NCBI GenBank assembly: GCA_951406725.2
Contig: OX597823.1
Coordinates: 27,838,001 to 27,902,000 of the forward strand
Source: Octopus vulgaris
Taxonomy: Eukaryota
Reading direction: 5' to 3'
Length of the DNA: 64,000 nucleotides
Shown piece after piece: positions 12,413 to 25,144 of the stretch (its first letter is position 1; every line of letters starts with the position of its first letter). Under the pieces are notes generated by a model. It was not told where the DNA came from and searched no databases. It saw only the letters and a list, made by a program, of their open reading frames with translations. Both the position numbers and the translations under genes were made by a program.

Positions 12413-12836
12413 GGATCGTTTCGGTTTGAACGACAGTTTTTCTAGCGGTGTCACCCATAATTATGACCCTAGTATCGATCTATTGCATTTCAATCTGTTT
12501 TAGGGTTAGGGTTAGGGGTGTTGGGAAGGGTATCTTTCTTTCTTCACAAATGTAAATAAACCCAATCTGTTTCTTAAACGAGGGCACAGGGCATTCATAC
12601 GGGGGCATTCATACGGCACAGAATGTTTTTTTTACCTCAATAGACGTCAGTGATTGGTTGAAATTGCAGAAATTGAAGAAAAAACAACAACAAATATCTT
12701 ACAAACTATAGGCTTTTCCCAATAAAGCCAAGAGTAAAAGATGTTTTATAAACACATTCTACCAGTATACGAAGTTTAACATTTTTTAGTTACCTAGAAA
12801 TTATGTTAAAAATTGCTGTTCAAACCGAAAAGATCC
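12413..12836. mobile_element. MITE with about 28-bp TIRs, 8-bp TSD and internal TTAGGG repeats
   Basis: TIRs GGATCGTTTCGGTTTGAAC / GTTCAAACCGAAAAGATCC; TSD AACCTTAG at 12405-12412 and 12837-12844. Confidence 0.9.
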
Positions 12837-13764
12837 AACCTTAGAAGTCCACTCAACAGCCATAGAAACCAGAGTATCAGTGCAGATTCGGCACGTTTAA
12901 AGTCCAAAGGCCTTACATCTCGCAGTACTGCTCGTTAGGATGCACAAGTAATATGGGAATAACAATGTAGTCATTGACAAACAAGGACTAGAAATGAGGG
13001 CCCGCAACATTACAGTTAGGATGGAAGATTACGCATAGAAACAGTGTAAGAACATAAGACATACACACATATACTAGCGGTAGTCTTTGCACCAGTCCAG
13101 GAAAGAATTAAGATTTCTTGAAAAATAGCGCAAAAGAAAGGGAGAGACTAAAGTCTCATATAGTGGGAAACAAGAGCAATATATATATATACATGTATAT
13201 ATTTAATTAAATAAGTGAATAAAAGAAAATGGAGAAAAAAATTAAGAAGATACTTGGTTTGTTTTATTTATATTACAGTTGGGAAAGTAATGCAAATTAA
13301 AATAAATTAATAGATGTGTAGCAAGCAAGTCGTAAACGGCGGTAATATGACGTAATGGTCATGTTGCCCGAACAAGTATAATTGTTAGTTTCCCATTGGT
13401 TAAAATTACTGCCCATATTTGAATTCAAAACTTCCGTCAAGGAGAAATCTTTCACGAAATACGGTTCTTAGAATTCAGGTAGGAGCAGTTATAAAACCCT
13501 GATTTTTGGGATATTGATCAGTGATCGTTGGTTGTCAATAGACTCCACGACACTCATACTAGCGTCCGTTGGTTGTTACTCATCTCCACGACACTCACTC
13601 CTTTGAGATATTGGCTATTTTTATGCCATGTCTATTACTTAAATCCAACAAGACTTATTTGAATTGTTGTGTAAACTCTAGTAGTTTAGTATGAAAGAAT
13701 TAGCTAGTATAAATGTTATGTCGTAACTCTCTACGACAAATTGCCTTCTATATGTACTGTAAAT

Positions 13765-13884
13765 CCGGGTTGAGTTTCTTTTGCAGTAATTTTGTCGTTT
13801 TTAGTATGTAACCCACGAAGGTCGCCATAGGTTGATGTGTGTTTTGTAGCTCCGTAAGTTTGTGAGAATTTCACTCGCTTAAAA
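13765..13884 (+). repeat. inverted copy of 6739-6861 (Tx1 5' end region)
   Basis: Reverse complement matches with a few mismatches. Confidence 0.85.
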
Positions 13885-14147
13885 TATTTTCTCTTCCTTC
13901 GTTTTTTTTTTCAACCTGTTAGTGAAATTTACTACTGCAACTATGAAAAAGAACACCAACTTATCTTCAACGTACATGCACGTTCAACATGTCCATTTAA
14001 GCGTCTTGATATATATATATTTCACTACGGCGTTTATGTAGCTTGAGTTGAGATTTATGTATAGTGATAATACTTATAATTAAGTTATAAGTGACGGGTT
14101 TATCAGTATAGATTCCTACTCAAGAAATAAAATATATTTATTATCTA

Positions 14148-14544
14148 TTAGCAGTATTGCCCGGCGTTGCTCGGGTTTGTAAGGGAAATAACTATATAAG
14201 CATTTTTAGGGATGTAAAGTATAATAGCCATCTCAATATGGCTAACCACAAAGGAGGGGGTGTTACTGTAGCTTTTTACGTTCTGAGATTTAATAATACA
14301 TTTTTAGAGAGTTACTTCCCTTATATAATAGCAAAAAAATGCATTAAAAATGGGAAAAAAATTATGGTAATTTTTTTTAAAATCGTAGACTCATCGTAGA
14401 CGCGCGCTAATACCCAGAAGGGCTCGATATGAATCACGACTATAAGATACCCGGTTTTGGTTAAACTGCACCGCAAAATGTGGGAGTAGTTAGGAATCTA
14501 AATCGTAGGAGACAGACACACAACTTCACTTTTATATATAAAGA
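14148..14544 (-). mobile_element. non-autonomous Helitron
   Basis: Minus strand 5' TC, subterminal hairpin CCCGAGCAACGCCGGG, 3' CTAA; inserted between A and T. Confidence 0.8.
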
Positions 14545-15956
14545 TATAGTGTGTGTTTGTGTGTGTAATTATATAGAGACAGGTATATTCAAGAGTCAAA
14601 CTTGATTGAAAACGCAAGATCCACCTGGTATTCCCGTCCTCCACGTATCAACAATGGCACAACGTGACTGCATAGATAAAATATTCAATTTCTGGCCCGG
14701 AGACATGCTGTCTTCTGCTTTTGCTAATGCTTCTACTGTGATCTCTGCTCGTCACGAGCCGGCTGCTCTCTTGCCGCTCCCCACCAGATTCTTCCCACAC
14801 ATTTGTCTCCTCTCTCTTTGTCAACCATATTATGCCCACTCCTTATAGGCCTCGCAGTAACAAATTTAGTCCACTCCTTAACCTACAACTAAATTTACTA
14901 AAATGGAATACATTTCTTCCTCCTTTGTTAATTTTTTTTAATTTTTGTTTTTTGCGGTTACATTAATTTGTATCTTATTCAAAGAAAATATTAACTGCGT
15001 CGCAATCACTCTGGCTTTTTCCGAACAAACTAATGTAAAGGATAACTCTTCATCATTCCAGCATTTTATAAGACTGACCTCGCTATGAACTCTCGCGGTT
15101 TGTCTGATTAAAGCAGTCTAATGTGCAGAGTGCGGCCTTGTTTTGGTGCTAAAACGATTAGACAGGTAATAATGACGTTGTCGTGTAGTTAATGGTTTAC
15201 AATTTTCTTATTCAGTTCGCATGGATTGAGTACACCAAGCGTTTACTTTCTAAAAGTTTATAAAGAATGCTAAGTGGGAGAAATTTTTTGCCGCACTCTG
15301 CACTTTGGAAAAGAGGAATAAATGTCGGAAAAGAGGAATAAAACCTTTGGAAATGTTATCTGTTGTAGTCTGAAACGACATCCAGGTGGAGGTTTCTCTC
15401 TTATCCACTGAAATCTTTTGAAATCCAGGATCAATTCCCATCCTTATGGACCAGCTCATGCACAACTTTTCCTGTTGTTTTTCATGCTCGCAAAAATCTA
15501 AGCGCTGTTGAAATCAGTGTTTTTGTGGTGGTTTGCAAAATCTTTAGCTGCCATCTTGACTTACCATTACGTTTAATTATAATGGTTTCTGATTTAGACA
15601 CAAAGCCAACAATTTTGACAGGGAGGGAGTATAGTGGTTAGGGTGTTACTCTCATGATCGTGGTTTCGATTCCTGGATCAAGCGATGCTTTGTGTTGACG
15701 CGTAAAAAACTTCATTTCCTATTGCTTAACTCACTCATCTATAAATGAAGTTACTATGTGAAAGACTGGCGTCTCGTTCCGGGGTAATGTTGTGATGTTG
15801 GTCACTTAAACGCCATGAAAAGCGGGTAACCGGTTCTATGAGTCATAGGACTCGGGGCAGTAACGATGATGATGATGATGGTTAACTGATACCATCAACC
15901 TCAGAACTTAATTCGTACATTCCTTTGTCGACCCTGGTGAGCTAAAAGGCAAAGTT

Positions 15957-16363
15957 TAATTTAATTGTTACGCGTGTGTCTAAAATTATTCGTCTTGTTT
16001 TGAGTTTTTGCTTTTGTTTTAGCCTTTCGTTTTTTTTCTTAATTGTTAAATTAAAATTATTTTCCATTGCTTTCGTTTTAGCCTTTTGTTTTTTTTTTCT
16101 TAATTGTTATCCTTAAATTAATTTAACAATTAAGAAAAAAAAAAAAAAAACGAAAGGCTAAAATTTAGGGTTAGGGTGACATGATGTTGTCTGTTTTAGA
16201 CGCAGCAAATTATTTTAGCTCAAATTACAAATTACAATTTTCTCAAGAAAGCCAAGAGAAAAAAAATGTTTTATTTTGACACATTCTACCAGTATACGAA
16301 GTTTAAAAGTATTTAGTTAACTAGAAATTGTGTTGAAAACTGCCGTTCAAAAGGAAAAGATCC
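15957..16363. mobile_element. rearranged second copy of the TTAGGG MITE inside a SINE B
   Basis: Right half and right TIR match 12700-12836; CAAAGTT duplicated at 15950-15956 and 16364-16370. Confidence 0.65.
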
Positions 16364-17019
16364 CAAAGTTGGTTTTGACAGGATTTGAAACCTCTTAATT
16401 GTTTCTAATTCAGACACGAGACCAATAGGTTTGAGTGGCGGAGATAAGTCGATTCAACTGAGCTCAAAACTTGAAGGGTACTTTATTTTATCAACCCTGA
16501 AAGAATGAAAGACAAAGTTGGCTTCGGTGGGATCTTAACGTAAAAAAAATCGAAACGAATACCAGAAAGCAATTTTCCCAACGGCACAAGGCCAGCAATT
16601 TGAGGGGAAGGGCATAGTCGATTAAGTCGATCTCAGTACTTGACTGTTAGTTGATTTCATAGTTCCCGAAAACATAAAAGGTTAAGTTTGCTTGAAAGAT
16701 AAACTTAGAACTTAGAACATAAAGGGCCGGAATAAATAAGGTATTTTTTGTCAATGCTCCAACAATTCCGTTAATCCATCACTTGGCAACAATTAGTAAA
16801 TGGTATCTAACTTTAGTACACGGCGTGTCTAAGCGATGATGTTGCTTGTATAGGTTGGTCCCTACATTATCGGGTCTGGAACTATTAGAAAGGTAAAATG
16901 AATTTCCAGCGGAAATTGAACTAGAACATAAATGGGACGTTAACTAGATAACACAGGGCATTTAATCTGTCGCTCCACCAGTTATATCCGCCGTATAATG
17001 AGGATCATGATAACAATCT

Positions 17020-17475
17020 TCTCTCTCAATATCTCTCCCTCTCTCAATCTCTCTCTCTCTCGGTGTGTGTGTGTATATATATATATATATATTTGCACAT
17101 ATATACACACACATATGCATATATATATATGCATATATATATGCATATGCATATATATGCATATACATATATATATATGCATATATATATGCATATACAT
17201 ATATATATATGCATATATATATGCATATACATATATATGTATATATATATATATATATGCACATACATACATATATATACATATATAATCGCATATATAT
17301 ATATATATATATATATACACACGCATATACATATATATATATATACACATATGTGTGTGTGTGTGTATGAAAACATGATTCTTCAGATAGAAATGGAATT
17401 TCCACCCCCTCTCTCTTTCACACACGCACGCACGCACGCGCACACACACACACACACATACACACACACACATTA
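17020..17475. repeat. (CT)n/(TA)n/(TATGCA)n/(CA)n microsatellites
   Basis: Direct reading. Confidence 0.95.
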
Positions 17476-17879
17476 CCATTATATTTGTAGTGAAGTGACT
17501 TATGTAGCGGTGGTATAACAACAGCTGTCACAACTTATCATCTCACCGACTTTTATTCTTGTAACTATTCTGGTTTTTCCTTAACAGGGAAAAAAAAAAA
17601 AGAACCTTTCCTGTGTTACGCCCAGATATCTCCAAATATTTCCTGATAAGATTTCGCTTTGATCTAATCTTAACTATTTACCATATATTTGACAAATGTT
17701 TCTAAGAGTACGCCAATGCTACCACGGTTCTTTGGTCGTATTCTTTTGATGGAATGGAATGGCGAAGGAAATTATGTTCAAATGATATGTTTTAGTAAAT
17801 AATGTGTAGATATCATGCATACGCGCGCGCACACACACAGAGGCTGTCCCATAGAAAGTATCTAGGCTTTTAGTCAATA

Positions 17880-18174
17880 CTAGCAATATCGCCCGGCGTT
17901 GCTCTAGTTTGTAAGGGAAATAACTATATAAGCATTTTTAGAGAGTTATAGCCAAAAAATAGCGAAAAAATGCATTAAAATGGAAAAAAATGATGGTAAT
18001 TTTTTTTTTTAATCGTAAACTCATCGTAGACGCGAGCTAATACCCAGAAGGGCTCGATATGAATCACGACTATAAGATACCTGGTTTTGGTTAAACTGCA
18101 CCGCAAAATGTGGGAGTAGTTAGGAATCTAAATCGTAGGAGACAGACACACAACTTCACTTTTATATATAAAGA
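17880..18174 (-). mobile_element. non-autonomous Helitron, second copy
   Basis: A|TC...CTAG|T termini; near-identical to 14148-14544 except for an internal segment of about 100 bp. Confidence 0.85.
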
Positions 18175-18199
18175 TATATTGTCTGGTATATCTTCTATG

Positions 18200-18568
18200 T
18201 GGAAGCGCAATGGCCCAGTGGTTACGGCAGGGGGCTCGCGGTTATAGAATCGTGGTTTCGATTCCCAAACCGTACATTGTGAGTGTTTATTGAGCGAAAA
18301 CTCCTAAAAGCTTCACGAGGCTCCGGCAGGTGGCGAACCTTGCTGTACTCTTTCACCACAACTTTCTCTCGCTCATTCTTCCTGTTTCTGTTGTACCTGT
18401 ATTTCAAAGGGTCAGCCTTGTCACGCTCTGTGTCACACTCAATCTCCCTGAGAACTACGTTAAAGGTACACGTGTCTGTGGAGTGCTTAGCCTCTTACAC
18501 GTTAATTTCACGAGCAGGCTGTTCCGTTAATCAACTGGAAGCCTCGTCGGCGTAACCGACGGAGTGCC
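18200..18568 (+). mobile_element. SINE family C (tRNA-derived)
   Basis: A box TGGCCCAGTGG, B box GTTTCGATTCC; TSD ATATCTTCTAT. Confidence 0.9.
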
Positions 18569-18619
18569 GCGATATCTTCTATAGTATAACAGTGAGACTG
18601 AACTATTAGCAGTGTTTCC

Positions 18620-18790
18620 TTTTACTCTTTTACTTGTTTCAGTCATTTGACTGCGGCCAGGACTTATTTTTTGTAAGCCTACTACTTATTCTATCGACCT
18701 CTTTTGCCAAACCGCTAAGTTACGAGGACATAAACACACCAGCACCGGTTGTCAAGCGATGTTGGGGGGTGGGGACAAACACAGACACAG

Positions 18791-18821
<31 letters not shown>

Positions 18822-18987
18822 CATATATACCACGGGCTTCTTTCAGTTTTCGTTTGCCAAATCTACTCACAAGTCTTTGGTCGGCTCGAGGCTATAGTAG
18901 AAGATACTTGCCCAAAGCGCCACGCACTGGGACTGAACCCGGAACCATGTGGTTGGTAAGCAAGCTACTTACCACACAGCCACTCCT
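18620..18987 (-). mobile_element. SINE family A
   Basis: Homology to other A copies, with an internal deletion. Confidence 0.9.
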
Positions 18988-20229
18988 GTTGCTGTTCAAA
19001 CGTGCGCATTGTTGTTTCTTGGGAGGGTCATTATGCCACTAATAGATACACACATTGGCTCTGATTCACTCTTATTATTACTTGTCAATTGGTTAACCAT
19101 TTGACCAACTAACTGATCGATTGTTTTATTGATTGATCAGACGATTAATCAGTCGGTTAAATTTACCAAAATCCTTTCGACGATTTCGTAACCTCATCAA
19201 TGACATGCTCTCCCCCCTCCGACTAATTTCCTTGAGAAGCATTGTGTGCATGTCATGCAATTTTCGCGGGAAAACACAAAAATGATTATTCAATGCTTTC
19301 TTCCGTTCCTTTTCTTTTTCACAGGAATGAAGTTATTATCTATAGTCAATTTAGATAGATAGATAGATAGATAGAGAGGGTGATGGAGAGTAAGAGGGGC
19401 AAGAAAGAAGAGTCGACCCCTTTATTTGTCGATTAGGAAAGGATGAATAACTATGTCGACCTTGGCAGTATCTCGGCTGTATTTGAACTCGGATCGCAGA
19501 GAGCCGAAGTAAATACTGTAAAGCCATTTTATTCGATGCTTTAACGACTCTTTTAATTCACTGATTTTGGTGGAATCTTGGACTAAGTTGCTAATGTGTC
19601 CCTTTCTTAAATATTTTAAGGTATCGTATGAAGGAAGTTTGGCTGTTAGAACCTGCTGTTTCTAACAGGTTTAAGCAACTCCCTCGGTGGTTGTCGAATA
19701 TCTCGTTAACTTGGTAACCTTACGCATATTTTTATGGGATAAAGACAAAGGTGGGGGAGAAGGGAAGCAGTACTGTCGTAGTGTGATCGTTTGTAAACCC
19801 ACTCGGCAAATTGGTGAGACTGATGCAGTTGATATTCATATTGGACAACTGTAGATTCATGTTTACAGACTAAATAAAAAAAAAAGTCTGGGTACAAAAA
19901 ACAAAAACAAACAACAACAAAATACTGTATTAAGATAATGTGTGTTTTTCAACATCTGCTCTTTTGTTCATTGTTTTTCAGGCCTTCATCTCCTTCCACT
20001 CAATGTTTGTAAATGTATCCAGATTTGTAGATACAGTTGTCTGGCCTGTCTGCTTCTCTTTCTCTTTCGCTTCTCTCGTCATATTAGTGAAAATATTTGG
20101 AACTTCGATACTGTATTTGAACTGTTTTCATGTACATTATATTAAACACTTTCATTTTCTTCATTAGCATTAACAAAAAAATTCCTTGTGGAAATTAAAA
20201 ACAAAAATATATAATGCTTCTTGTAAAGG

Positions 20230-20920
20230 TGGCGAAATCCATTTAGCACTGGGCACCATCATCCTTAGGAAAGGTTCTGGCTTAGACCTGTGACCTGGTC
20301 GGAAGCTTTGCAAGTGGACTTTGCCAAAAGGCACGCAGTGGTCAAGTGATATTGGTGTGGGCCACGGCGTCACAGTTGCCACAATCCCACAAATGTCGAT
20401 GTTGTTAAGAACTGGGTCCTTAATTTTTAAGTCGAATGATTTCCGTCGTATCATACGGTGGGTATTTAAACCTGAGTGGAGGCGCAATGGCCCAGTGGTT
20501 AGGGCAGCGGACTCGCGGTCATAGGATTGCGGTTTCGATTCCCAGACCGGGCGTTGTGAGTGTTTATTGAGCGAAAACACCTAAAGGTTCCACGAGGCTC
20601 CGACAGGGGATGGTGGTGATCCCTACTGTACTCTTTCACCACAACTTTCTCTCACTCTTACTTCCAGTTTCTGTTGTACCTGTATTTCAAAGGGCCGGCC
20701 TTGTCACTCTCTGTGTCACGCTGAATATCCCCGAGAACTACGTTAAGGGTACACGTGTCTGTGGAGTGCTCAGCCACTTACACGTTAATTTCACGAGCAG
20801 GCTGTTCCGTTGATTCGGATCAACCGGAACCCTCGTCGTCGTAACCGACGGAGTGCTTCCATCCATTTAACCCTGACAGAACCCATCCCTCTCGAGGTTC
20901 CGTACAAAGCCGATTTCTTT
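20230..20920 (-). mobile_element. very decayed non-LTR element C-terminus, interrupted by SINE C
   Basis: Fragments LERDGFCQGLNTHRMI and RHLWDC...LRAFWQSP resemble I/Jockey-group zinc-knuckle tails. Confidence 0.3.
20477..20858 (+). mobile_element. SINE family C
   Basis: Full length; imperfect TSD ATTTAAACCTGA/ATTTAACCCTGA. Confidence 0.9.
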
Positions 20921-21659
20921 CAAAGAGAAGTAAAGAAAAGAAAGTTAGAGAAAGACAGGAAAAAATTGACTTCAGTATTTTAATTTTTGACCTCTAGAGG
21001 ATAAAAGGCGAGATTAGCCTCGGCGGCATTTGAATTCAAAGTGCAGAAAGAGAGGCAAAACTAATACCATGAAGTAGTAAATCTATCCGATGCGTTAATT
21101 ACTCTGCTATATCGCCTTTTTATAGATGTTAGCAGTACTCCGAGGTGTTGATGGGAACTTATTTATACCAGTAATTCAAACACCTCTAGCTTCTGGTTAT
21201 CTTTAGTAAAATGAAATCATGATCGCCATTTTCCGCCTCATAAGGTTTTCGTTTCTCAATTGTATTCCAGTTGTAATCAGACCGTCATTTTGTCCGCTTC
21301 TAGACTACCATTACCCGATGTGACTTTTCTTAAAAAAAATAAAAAGAAAAGCAACGCATGATTTGAGGAAAATTTGGCTACTGTTTCTCTACGATGTGAC
21401 AGCTGCTCTCCTGGCACCTAAAAAAAAAGTTAGCAGAAGCTTGGTACCGACTGCAGAGATTTTTATATTATATTTTATGCAGAATTTTGTAGAGGGGGGG
21501 GGAGAGAGAGAGAGGGAGCTGGAGAGTGTGGAAGGAAAAAGAGAAATAATGAGAAATGGGGGGGAAGCTAGAAAGGAGGTAGAATGAGGAGGGTTGGGGA
21601 TGTAACGAAGAATTCATTTTGCATATTTTTGGTCAGGTTCGTTGTTGAAAATTTAATAA

Positions 21660-21690
21660 TGCGATTGGTCCAGGTCTTCTGACGTCATGC
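21660..21690. promoter_or_regulatory. CCAAT box and palindromic CRE (TGACGTCA)
   Basis: ATTGG at 21664-21668 and TGACGTCA at 21680-21687 in repeat-free DNA that retains CpG. Confidence 0.3.
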
Positions 21691-22313
21691 TCTCGACGAT
21701 TACGCGAAGACTCAACAAATTGCCCTTACACACACTCTCTCTCTTTCCCCCCACTCTCCCACACATATTTGTTCACGCATTTACATTTTTTTCTTTTGTT
21801 ATTATATACAATGGTATTTATTCATACACTCCATACACGCAGAATGTCATCCATTCAGATATTGTTGATGTTTACCGTTGTGTGCATGTATATACATACG
21901 CACGCTTGTATGTGTGTGCCTGTGTGAGCGTAAGTATAAGTGTAAAATTGAAGATGTGTGTGTGTGTGTGTGTGTATGTCTGTGTGTGGGCGCGAGCGTA
22001 CGTGTGTCTATGTGAGCGAAACTGGTCGACGGACCGGTTAGAGAATTGGGTTCGCCGTCTTGAGGTCATTGGTTCATTTCTTGTATGGGATTTTGACCTT
22101 AAGCAAATCTCTTTATTTCACGTTACTCCAGTATACACAGCTATAAATGAGTACCAGCCAAATGCTCGACCAGCTCTCTCTCTCTCTCTCTCGCTTTTTC
22201 TTTTAGCCTATTCTGCAGGGATGGCTGTTCGAGGGGCTGACTGTTCGGTATCTCATAGGCACCTAAAAAATTAGCGAAAGCATGGTACATTCTATTAAGT
22301 AGTACACAATTGC

Positions 22314-22361
<48 letters not shown>

Positions 22362-22367
22362 TTTTTT

Positions 22368-22817
<450 letters not shown>

Positions 22818-23344
22818 TTCGCCGATATATATGTATATAGTTGAAAAAATTCGTCATAGGTATAAAAATACTATATGGTATTTTTATACCGATAATGAAG
22901 TTTTTCAATTGTTATTTTCATATTCTTAATACTTGCTCTGGCTGGTTTTTATGAATATGATAAATTTTTATTGGAAATTATTTTCTCTCTCTTTTTGGAT
23001 CCTTCAAAAAGTTTGAATTGTTCTTTTTGAACTTATTTTCTCTCTAGAAAAGAAATGTAAGAGTCACAGAAAGTTTGTATGATAAAATTTGTGGTGATAT
23101 TAGGATCATATTTACATCATTACAAATGAAATAATTACCGGTTTCAGGATCAACGATTCTCAACTTGTATAGAGAAAACTTTTTTTGCTGTCAGTAGGAC
23201 GCCATCTTTGAAAAAGAAGTAAACGTAGATGAAGTAATATGTCAAGGGGAGCAACTCTTATTTTTTCACGAAGCTCTTCAGTGCTTTTGGCAAGCATACC
23301 ATTATAGGAGTTATTTCATTTTATACACAGTTAATTTATATTAA

Positions 23345-23570
23345 AAATAAAATAATAATAATAATAATGAAATTATTGTATACAGTGCTCAGGTGCACCA
23401 CAACTTGTCAGAAAGTGCATATAAAGTACATGCAGTAATGTAGAAATGTCTGGAAAGCGAACAATGTATGAGTCAGATACATGCTTGTGTGTGTATGGAG
23501 GGGAGAAAATCAAGTGTAGTGTTGGCGAATCTCAGGAAGCATGGAAGTTTTGAAGGATGCAGTGCACCGT
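23345..23570 (-). mobile_element. LINE 3' end with (TTA)n tail (CR1/L2-like)
   Basis: TASFKTSMLPEIRQHYT* followed by a 3' UTR and trinucleotide tail. Confidence 0.35.
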
Positions 23571-23717
23571 ACTAGGTTTTAAAGATTAAGGAGTAATGTG
23601 TGAATGATTGTATATGGATATATTTTATGCTCTAACATCTAATTTTATCTCCATACACACACACACACATGAAGTATGAACAGTAATTTATACCTAAAAA
23701 CTGTGGTTGGCAAACTC

Positions 23718-24135
23718 TCTTTACTCTTTTACTTGTTTCAGTCATTTGACTGCGGCCATGCTGGAGCACCGCCTTTAGTCGAGCAAATCGACCCCGGGAC
23801 TTATTCTTTCTTTGTAAGCCCAGTACTTATTTTATCGGTCTCTTTTGCCGAACCGCTAAGTGACGGGGACGTAAACACACCAGCATCGGTTGTCAAGCAA
23901 TGCTAGGGGGACAAACACAGACATACAAACATATACACACACACTTATATATATATATATACATATATACGACAGGCTTCTTTCAGTTTCCGTCTACCAA
24001 ATCCACTCACAAGACATTGGTCGGCCCGGGGCTATAGCAGAAGACACTTGCCCAAGATACCACGCAGTGGGACTGAACCCGGAACCATGTGGTTGGTTAG
24101 CAAGCTACTTACCACACAGCCACTCCTGCGCCTAT
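23718..24135 (-). mobile_element. SINE family A
   Basis: Full-length near-consensus copy. Confidence 0.92.
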
Positions 24136-24596
24136 ATATATATAACTTTTATGTATTTGTTGAAATTCCATAATTGAATAAAATAAATCAGTCCAATAGA
24201 AAATGAAAATGAACGATAAAGCAATTGCCAAGGTATGAATACTTATGACTCTATAAGAGTCATGTCGGACCTCTCATGACTCAGGTTTGAATATGTATGG
24301 GTGTCCAGGAGTCAAGTAATTAAATGACAATTAGTAATACAATTAAAATTAAAACACACACACACAAATGGTTGGCCAATAGTCACCCGACAGTAAATCA
24401 AAATTACATAAATACTATCTGTAATTTTGTATTGACTCGAATGGAAAAATGTGTCGCTCAATAAGGACATCAGTTTGAACAATTTTCATGATGTTTCATA
24501 TTTAGACGCTTTTATTAAATTCATTCAGTAATTAAACATAAATAAATCTTGGAGTTAAATGTTTTTGATTAACTGTCAGGTGAGTTTTGGACCAAC

Positions 24597-24641
<45 letters not shown>

Positions 24642-24833
24642 ACTTTTTCACTTTCTGAGCTTTAAACTAATACATCACTAGACTCCTCTGTTGATGAAAA
24701 ATCGGTCCAATTCACTATGACGTCTGAAGCTTTTGAACTATTCGTAACTTTTTTTTTACATTTTCTAAACTTTTTTTTTTATAGTTTCTAAACTTTTTTT
24801 TTATGTACACAGTCTTTATTTTCTCTCCTTGTT

Positions 24834-24871
24834 TCTTTCTGTGGAAGAGCGTAGGCTCGAAATGTTAAAGA
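24834..24871 (+). ncRNA. minimal hammerhead-like motif (A6U variant)
   Basis: TCTTT-CTGTGGA-A-GAGC-gtag-GCTC-GAAA-TG-TT-AAAGA; a related degenerate copy lies at about 32862-32900. Confidence 0.55.
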
Positions 24872-25101
24872 CTTTTTCGCTTCCCGAGCGTTATACTAAT
24901 ACATCTGTTTGTTGTCTACACCACCTCTCTTCGTCTTTTGTTTTTTTTTTTGTCAATTCTCCCTATATATATATACGACGAGCTTCTTTAATTTTCCGCC
25001 TACCAAATCCACTCACGAGGCTTTGGTCGACCTGAGATTGTAGCCACTTTTCCAAGGTGCCACGCAGTTGGACTGAACCTGGAACCATATGGTTGAGAAG
25101 A

Positions 25102-25144
<43 letters not shown>

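Noticed and set aside
12498-12520. Telomere or chromosome-fusion signature
   Set aside because: Only about three TTAGGG units, internal to a MITE.
20477-20555. tRNA genes at SINE heads
   Set aside because: A and B boxes are present but the heads continue into SINE bodies with TSDs and lack a proper acceptor stem.
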